A stretch of 64,000 nt of DNA, taken from the NCBI GenBank assembly GCA_051252135.1, contig JBPOGH010000002.1, forward strand, positions 128,001 through 192,000. Reading direction: 5' to 3'. How positions within the stretch are numbered: the first letter of the stretch is position 1; the number at the start of each line of letters is the position of its first letter. The translations under genes and the position numbers were made by a program. Positions 58,632-64,000 of the stretch are shown here, in pieces. Source of the DNA: Verrucomicrobiaceae bacterium (lineage in GTDB: Bacteria; Verrucomicrobiota; Verrucomicrobiia; Verrucomicrobiales; Akkermansiaceae). The notes below the pieces were generated by a model. That model was not told the origin of the DNA. It worked only from the letters and a program-made list of their open reading frames with translations, and did no database searches.

Positions 58632-58713
58632 GATGTTGGGCGGGAGGGAAGCGTGTAATGGTGGGAAAAACACGCAAAAAATGAGGAGGGGAGGTGGAGG
58701 GGGGAGGAGGAAA

Positions 58714-58788
58714 ACCGCAGATGGACAGGATGAAGGGGATGGCTTGGTTGAGGGGGGAGGAACACGAATCTTGCGAATGGGGCGAATC
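58714..58788. repeat. Two degenerate 9-nt-period triplet repeats
   Basis: ccgcagatg/gacaggatg/aaggggatg and aacacgaat/cttgcgaat/ggggcgaat. Confidence 0.5.
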
Positions 58789-58907
58789 TTGGGTTGGGGG
58801 GGCTTGGTTGGTCAGTTCGGCTGAAGTCTACACTACGAACCGGGGGCTTGGCTCGGGGAGAATTAATTGCTGCACAAAGTGGGGGCTGGAGACGTATTCT
58901 TGTAACG

Positions 58908-59615
58908 ATGAGATTTTTATTCCCTTTGGTGTTGGCGCTGGCCTGTCCGTTCGCGGTTGTTGCGGAGGAGAAATTGATCTTTGAGGATGATTTTGAGCGG
59001 AGCGAGTCGGATGACTCGAAGGAGGAGATCGGGAAGGGTTGGGTGTCCAACAGTGCGAAGCGGGCGAAGGGGAACAAGCAGGTGGATTTGAAGGACGGGG
59101 CGTTGCACATCACGTTTCACCCCGAGGCGGATCATGCGGTGTCGGTGGTGCAGAAAGTGGCTTTTCAGGATGGGAAGGTGACGCTGCGGTTTCAGCTGCC
59201 GGCGGAGGGGGACAGCCTGGGGCTGAACTTTGCGGATATGGCTTTCAAGGAAGTGCATGCGGGTCACCTTTGCATGACGAAGATCAGCACGAAGGAGGTA
59301 CAGATTCAGGATATGAAGACGGGGGTGATGGCGAATGCGATGCGCAAGGCGCGGCAGGACGGGACGATTACGCCGGAGCAGCAGAAGGTGCTGAAGACGA
59401 AAGTGAAGAAGTTTAAGAATAAGCTGGAGGCGGGGAAGTGGTATGCGCTTGAAGTGAGGATCGAGGGCGAGACGATGGCGGTGGCGATTGACGGCAAGGA
59501 AGTGGCTTCCTTTACCTCGGAGGGGATTGGGCATACGACGAAGAGTGCGCTGCGGGTGGCGGTGCCGAAGAAGGTGGTGATTGATGATTTGAAAATTTAT
59601 TCCCTGAGCAAGTGA
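58908..59615 (+). CDS. Secreted jelly-roll (DUF1080/LamG-like) hypothetical protein
   Basis: Signal peptide; 'LIFEDDFER', 'VHAGHLC', 'GKWYAL...IDGKEV...SEGIGH...IDDLKIY'. Confidence 0.75.
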   Translation: MRFLFPLVLALACPFAVVAEEKLIFEDDFERSESDDSKEEIGKGWVSNSAKRAKGNKQVDLKDGALHITFHPEADHAVSVVQKVAFQDGKVTLRFQLPAEGDSLGLNFADMAFKEVHAGHLCMTKISTKEVQIQDMKTGVMANAMRKARQDGTITPEQQKVLKTKVKKFKNKLEAGKWYALEVRIEGETMAVAIDGKEVASFTSEGIGHTTKSALRVAVPKKVVIDDLKIYSLSK

Positions 59616-61426
59616 TGAAAACGACTGTTGTCTTATTGAGTGTGTTGGCGGTGCCTTTTTCGGAGGCCCGGGTAGTGAATGTGGCGGATCACGGGATTGT
59701 TCCCGGGAAGGATGTGACGTTGCCGGTTTACCTTTTGCTGGAATCGCTGAAGGATGAGGCAGGGGTGACGCTGACGTTTCCGAAGGGGACTTATGATTTC
59801 TATCCCGAGAATGCCTATGAGGAGTATCGGGCGGTGACCAATCACGACAACAGCTTGAAGCGGATGGCCTTTCCGCTTTTTGAGCGGAAGGATTTTACGC
59901 TGGATGGCGGTGGGTCGACGTTTCTGTTTCGCGGGCGGATGAGTCCGGTGGTGGTGGCGAAATCGGAAGGGACGACGCTGAAGAATTTCTCGATCGATTG
60001 GGTGCGGAGTTTTCATTCCGAGTTACCGGTGGTGGAGTCGAACCAGGAGAAGAGCTACTTCGTGGCGGAGGTCGATCGCGAGAGGTATCCCTACACGGTG
60101 AAGGGGGGGGAGATTCTTTTTGATCACTACAACTTCCAGATGGAGTTCGGGAACAACATGGTTTTTGACCCGGAAACGGGGAGTCCGATCTTCAACACGA
60201 ACGATTACAAGGTGAACACGTGGGGTGGGTTGAAGGTGACGGAGGTGGGGGAGAACCGGATCAAGGTGGAGTCGAAATTTAAGAAGAGTCCGCCGCCGGT
60301 GGGATCGGTGGTGGTGTCCTACGGGGAGAATCCGGTGACGCGCTTGGCACAGGCGATTCATCTGGATCAAGCGAAGGATACGAAGATTGAGAATGTGACG
60401 GTTTATGCGGCCGGGGGGATGGCGGTGATCGCGGAGCGGTGCGAGAATGTGGAGCTGGATGGGGTGAAGGTGACTTCGACCGAGGAGCGGATGATCTCGA
60501 CACGGGCGGATGCGACGCATTTTTTGGGATGCAAGGGTTTGGTGAAGGTGGAGAACTGTCTTTTTGAGCATATGCTGGATGACAGCATCAATGTGCACGG
60601 GGCCTACGTGCGGATTGACGGGTATCTGGGCGACCGGAAGTTTATTTGTGCATCGAGTCACCCGCAGCAGTGGGGTTTTGTGTTTGCGGAGGCGGGTGAT
60701 GAGATCGCGGTGCTTTCGAGGGAGACGGTGTTGCCGTTTTTCAACGCGACGGTGGAGGACGTGAAGTGGCTGAATGAGGAGCGGGTGATTATCACGGTGT
60801 CCGAGGTGCCGGAGACGCTGCCGGAAGGGCCGCTCTCGATGGAGAATCTGACATGGTATCCTGATTTGATTTTCCGCAAGAATATCACGCGGGAAAACCG
60901 GGCGCGGAGTGTGCTGGTGACGACGAAGGGAAAGGCTCTCCTGGAAGAGAATTACTTTTACTCGCAGATGCACGGCATCCTGATCGAGGGCGATAACAAG
61001 TCGTGGTATGAGTCGGGAGGGGTGGGCGATGTGACGATCAACAACAACGTTTTTGAGAACATTGGATTTGAGGGAGGGGCGGCGTATCCGCTTTTGGCGT
61101 CGCCCTTGCTCACGCCGGATCAGCGGATGGGCGAGGGGCATTATCACCGGAATGTGCGTTTCACGAACAACACGATCAAGAGTTTCAACGGGCTGTTGGC
61201 GCAGGCGAAATCGGTGAAGGGCTTGGTGATTGAGGGGAACAAGATGGAAGTGAGTGCGGATTACCCGAACTTCTACAAATATCCTTCGATTGATTTGTTT
61301 TACTGTGATGAGGTGAGCATCAAGAACAACTCGGCGACCGGGTTTGCGCAGCCGCTGGAGATTGTGACGTCTGAGAATACAACCGGGGTGACGATTGAGG
61401 GCAACACGGGATTTGTGGAGAAATAA
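59612..61426 (+). CDS. Glycoside hydrolase family 110 alpha-1,3-galactosidase (parallel beta-helix)
   Basis: 'FPKGTYDFYP', 'NHDN', 'ADATHF..CKG', 'MLDDSINVHG', 'NRARSVLVTT', 'WYESG'. Confidence 0.88.
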   Translation: MMKTTVVLLSVLAVPFSEARVVNVADHGIVPGKDVTLPVYLLLESLKDEAGVTLTFPKGTYDFYPENAYEEYRAVTNHDNSLKRMAFPLFERKDFTLDGGGSTFLFRGRMSPVVVAKSEGTTLKNFSIDWVRSFHSELPVVESNQEKSYFVAEVDRERYPYTVKGGEILFDHYNFQMEFGNNMVFDPETGSPIFNTNDYKVNTWGGLKVTEVGENRIKVESKFKKSPPPVGSVVVSYGENPVTRLAQAIHLDQAKDTKIENVTVYAAGGMAVIAERCENVELDGVKVTSTEERMISTRADATHFLGCKGLVKVENCLFEHMLDDSINVHGAYVRIDGYLGDRKFICASSHPQQWGFVFAEAGDEIAVLSRETVLPFFNATVEDVKWLNEERVIITVSEVPETLPEGPLSMENLTWYPDLIFRKNITRENRARSVLVTTKGKALLEENYFYSQMHGILIEGDNKSWYESGGVGDVTINNNVFENIGFEGGAAYPLLASPLLTPDQRMGEGHYHRNVRFTNNTIKSFNGLLAQAKSVKGLVIEGNKMEVSADYPNFYKYPSIDLFYCDEVSIKNNSATGFAQPLEIVTSENTTGVTIEGNTGFVEK

Positions 61427-61427
61427 G

Positions 61428-62924
61428 ATGAAGAAGAGAATTGCGGCGTTGTTTGTTGTATTGCTTGGGAATGTGGCCCAGGCGGAGAAGCCGAATATCA
61501 TTTGGCTGATGGCGGAGGATATGGGACTTGATCTGGAGTGCTACGGGATGCCGGGGGTGAAGACGCCGCATCTGAACCAGATGGCGAAAGAGGGGATTCT
61601 TTTTCAGAAGGCCTACTGTACGAATCCGATTTGCTCGCCGAACCGGTCGGCGATGATGATCGGGGTGCATCAGAACATTACGAACACGCACAATCACCGG
61701 AGCAATCGGGATGTGCCGCTTGAGGCACCTTTTCAGCCGATCACCTATTTTTTAAGGGAGGCGGGTTACACCTGTTTGCTGGGTCATGATCTGGTGATGA
61801 AGAAGGGGACGAAGACGGATTGTAATTTCAAGCATACGCCGACGGGGGAGTGGGACGGGGTGGAGAAGTTTGGGTTGTTTGACAAGAGGGCGGATTTCAC
61901 GGCGGCGGATCAGCCTTTTTTTAGCCAGATTCAGTTGGTGGTGACGCACCGGGGTGATTGGTGGAACGGGGTGCGGGAGAAGTCGGAGCATCCGGTGGCG
62001 GTGGAAGATGTGGTGTTGCCTCCGTATTTTTCCGATACGCCGGAGATTCGCTACGATTGGGCGGCTTATTTGGATACGGTGGAATACATGGACAACGAGG
62101 TGGGGTTGTTGATGGCGGATTTGAGGAAGCAGGGGCTGGAGAAGAATACGGTGGTGATTTTTATCGCGGATAACGGGCGGTGCAATTTGCGGGGGAAAGG
62201 ATACCTGCAGGAGCCGGGGATTCATGTGCCGATGATTGTGTGGGCACCGGGAATGGTGGAGTCCGGCAAGGTGGTGGAGGAGTTGGTGAGCACGATTGAT
62301 ATTTCGGCGACGGTGTTGAAACTGGCGGGCGCGGAGAATCCGGATTACATGACGGCGAAGCCGATCTTTGGGGTGGAGAATCCGGGGTATCGGGATCATG
62401 TGCGGTCGGCCCGGGATATTTGGGATGAGATCAATGAGTGCTCGCGGAGCATCACGACGGCGAAATTTAAGTACATCAAGAATCACATGCCGGAGGTGCC
62501 CTGGGCAACGGATCAGGCGTATTTGGAGATTAACCGGCCGGCGCTGCACGTGATGCGGCGGCAGAAGAAGGAAGGGGCGCTTTCGGCTTACGAGATGATC
62601 TTTTTTGCGGATGAGAAGCCGGAGGAGGAGCTTTATGATCTGGAGAACGATCCGGATGAGCTGAACAATTTGGCGGGGGATCCGGAGTATGCGGCGGTTT
62701 TGCGTGAGATGCGGATGAAGGAGCTGCAGTGGATCTCGAAGAACCGGGATCGGGGGCTGGAGGATTTTTCGACGCGTGAGCCTGAGAAGGGGTTGGCGGC
62801 GGAGCGGGCGCGGGCGGGGGTGAAGGCGAATGAGCCCGAGCTCTGGGAGCGTCTGGAGAAGGGGGAGTTGATGGAGACGCAGGGATGGATGAAGAAGTAT
62901 AAGAAGTGGCCGTTGAAGAATTGA
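61428..62924 (+). CDS. Formylglycine-dependent sulfatase (sulfamidase-like, S1_8-like)
   Basis: 'PNIIWLMAEDM', 'ICSPNRS', 'KTDCNF', 'DNGR..LRGK', 'EELYDL..DPDE..NLA'. Confidence 0.88.
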   Translation: MKKRIAALFVVLLGNVAQAEKPNIIWLMAEDMGLDLECYGMPGVKTPHLNQMAKEGILFQKAYCTNPICSPNRSAMMIGVHQNITNTHNHRSNRDVPLEAPFQPITYFLREAGYTCLLGHDLVMKKGTKTDCNFKHTPTGEWDGVEKFGLFDKRADFTAADQPFFSQIQLVVTHRGDWWNGVREKSEHPVAVEDVVLPPYFSDTPEIRYDWAAYLDTVEYMDNEVGLLMADLRKQGLEKNTVVIFIADNGRCNLRGKGYLQEPGIHVPMIVWAPGMVESGKVVEELVSTIDISATVLKLAGAENPDYMTAKPIFGVENPGYRDHVRSARDIWDEINECSRSITTAKFKYIKNHMPEVPWATDQAYLEINRPALHVMRRQKKEGALSAYEMIFFADEKPEEELYDLENDPDELNNLAGDPEYAAVLREMRMKELQWISKNRDRGLEDFSTREPEKGLAAERARAGVKANEPELWERLEKGELMETQGWMKKYKKWPLKN

Positions 62925-62970
62925 GGGCCGAAAAAAGGCCATGCTTCCGAAGAAACATGACCTTTCCAGG

Positions 62971-63188
62971 TTAGGGGAAACACTGCTTCAAGATGAAGCC
63001 CGCTGAACGGTTTCATGGATTTTTTAGCCAGGGAAGCTTGGCTTCCGAGGTGAGAGGAGCTGCAGTCTTTTTGGAGTCTGGCGGCGTTGCTCAGGGAGCC
63101 GCTGATGATCAGCGTCGCCCTTCGCGCCTTGCCAGACTTCAACATGACTTGCAGCAGCGAACTCCCTCTTTCATCAGCGCTTCCCCAG
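62971..63188. mobile_element. MITE-like foldback element, copy 2 (left end degenerate)
   Basis: Near-identical to 46073-46290 over the body and right end (CCTCTTTCATCAGCGCTTCCC); left TIR decayed (TTAGGGGAAACACTGCTTCAAGATG). Confidence 0.78.
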
Positions 63189-63213
63189 GGGGGTAATTTT
63201 GAGATGGGTGGGT

Positions 63214-64000
63214 TTACCGGCGTCCTCTGCTTCCGCGGTCTCCGCGGTCGTCACCGCCACCACGGTTGCCCGGGGATGGGCTTTGGGTGGCGCGGGAAGG
63301 CCGGTTGCTGAAGTTCGGCTGAGGCAGCGTGGGCGAGGTGCTTGGCTGGGGTCTGGGTGCCGGGGGAGAGGTTTGGCGGAACGAAGGGCCGGCCTTGGCT
63401 GCGGCTACCCGGCGTGCGGCTTCAGCTCTGGCATCGATTGATCCGGACAATCCCTGACGTTGGGGGATGACGGGGGTGGAGGGTCGCTGGATCACGGTGG
63501 GCCGGGTTGAGACGGTGGTGCGACCCGGGATGGTGGTGCGGGAGTGGCTGGAGCCTCTGGGGTCACTGCCGTAGCTCCGGTTCGATCCGGAGGAGCGTGA
63601 GTTGCCGTAGGAAGGATGGGAGGTGGAGTGATTTCCGTAGGATGAGTGTCCTCCGGAGTGGCGTCCGCGGGCGTTTTGGGCCCGGGCGAGATAGGAGGGA
63701 GCACTGAGGGTGCGTCCTTTCCGGTATCCGGAAGGATAGACCGCGTGGCTGTGACGAGTGGGTGCACTGCTGTGGTAGCGATGGTTGAGGTGATCGTAAT
63801 ACTGGCGAGTGCGGTAGTCGTAGTAGCAGCGGCGGTAAGGATCGTAGCCCCAGTAGCTGTTGCTGGTGCGGATGATCCCGACGTGGGCGACTGAGTTGTA
63901 ACCGTACCCCGAATTATATCCGGAGTTGTATCCGCCGTAGTAACCGGTGGATTGATACTCTCCACAGGAGGAGAGGAGGAAAGTGAGGCCTAGGCCGGCC
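63214..64000 (-). CDS. Low-complexity Tyr/Gly/Ser/Arg-rich lipoprotein, start beyond the window
   Basis: Frame open from 63999: AGLGLTFLLSSC-GEYQSTGYYGGYNSGYNSGYGYN...YWGYDPYRRCYYDYR...SYGN..., continuous with track ORF 63214..63495 ending GDRGSRGRR. Confidence 0.75.
   Translation of the reverse strand, partial: AGLGLTFLLSSCGEYQSTGYYGGYNSGYNSGYGYNSVAHVGIIRTSNSYWGYDPYRRCYYDYRTRQYYDHLNHRYHSSAPTRHSHAVYPSGYRKGRTLSAPSYLARAQNARGRHSGGHSSYGNHSTSHPSYGNSRSSGSNRSYGSDPRGSSHSRTTIPGRTTVSTRPTVIQRPSTPVIPQRQGLSGSIDARAEAARRVAAAKAGPSFRQTSPPAPRPQPSTSPTLPQPNFSNRPSRATQSPSPGNRGGGDDRGDRGSRGRR

Noticed and set aside
56496..58658. 720-aa plus-strand ORF antisense to leuS
   Set aside because: Mirror-frame artefact of biased codon usage with no recognisable motifs. 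The same applies to 60023..61501, 27840..29141, 20934..22679 and similar ORFs.
63492..63965. Thr/Pro/Ala-rich 157-aa ORF
   Set aside because: An overlapping frame has a lipobox and runs unbroken into 63214..63495, so it is the more plausible gene

Overview
A GC-rich, strongly strand-skewed chromosomal window that looks like a marine Verrucomicrobiales (Roseibacillus/Haloferula/Akkermansiaceae-like) genome. The lineage is inferred from PEP-CTERM proteins, SHD1, PQQ-like propeller and CRTAC1/UnbV proteins, and many sulfatases. It holds about 50 CDS. Housekeeping genes are leuS, lepB, pdxA, tadA, moeA and an hpnD-like synthase. Accessory content includes a complete-looking carrageenan/3,6-anhydro-D-galactose catabolic locus (23.6-36.3 kb), a BlaI/BlaR1 system with a LamG sensor upstream of two large LamG surface proteins, a GH110/sulfatase cluster and two copies of a ~218-bp foldback MITE-like element. 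The standout result is a gene the ORF track misses: a secreted thioredoxin-fold protein, complement(50934..51896), with an in-frame TGA in a W-U-S-T-C (UxxC) active site followed by a SECIS-like hairpin, so probably a selenoprotein. It ends a compact operon with a small CxxC(H) lipoprotein and an outer-membrane beta-barrel. Six secreted proteins share a conserved C-terminal tail that may be a lineage-specific sorting signal. No rRNA, tRNA or CRISPR array was seen. All family calls come from motif recognition, not database searches.
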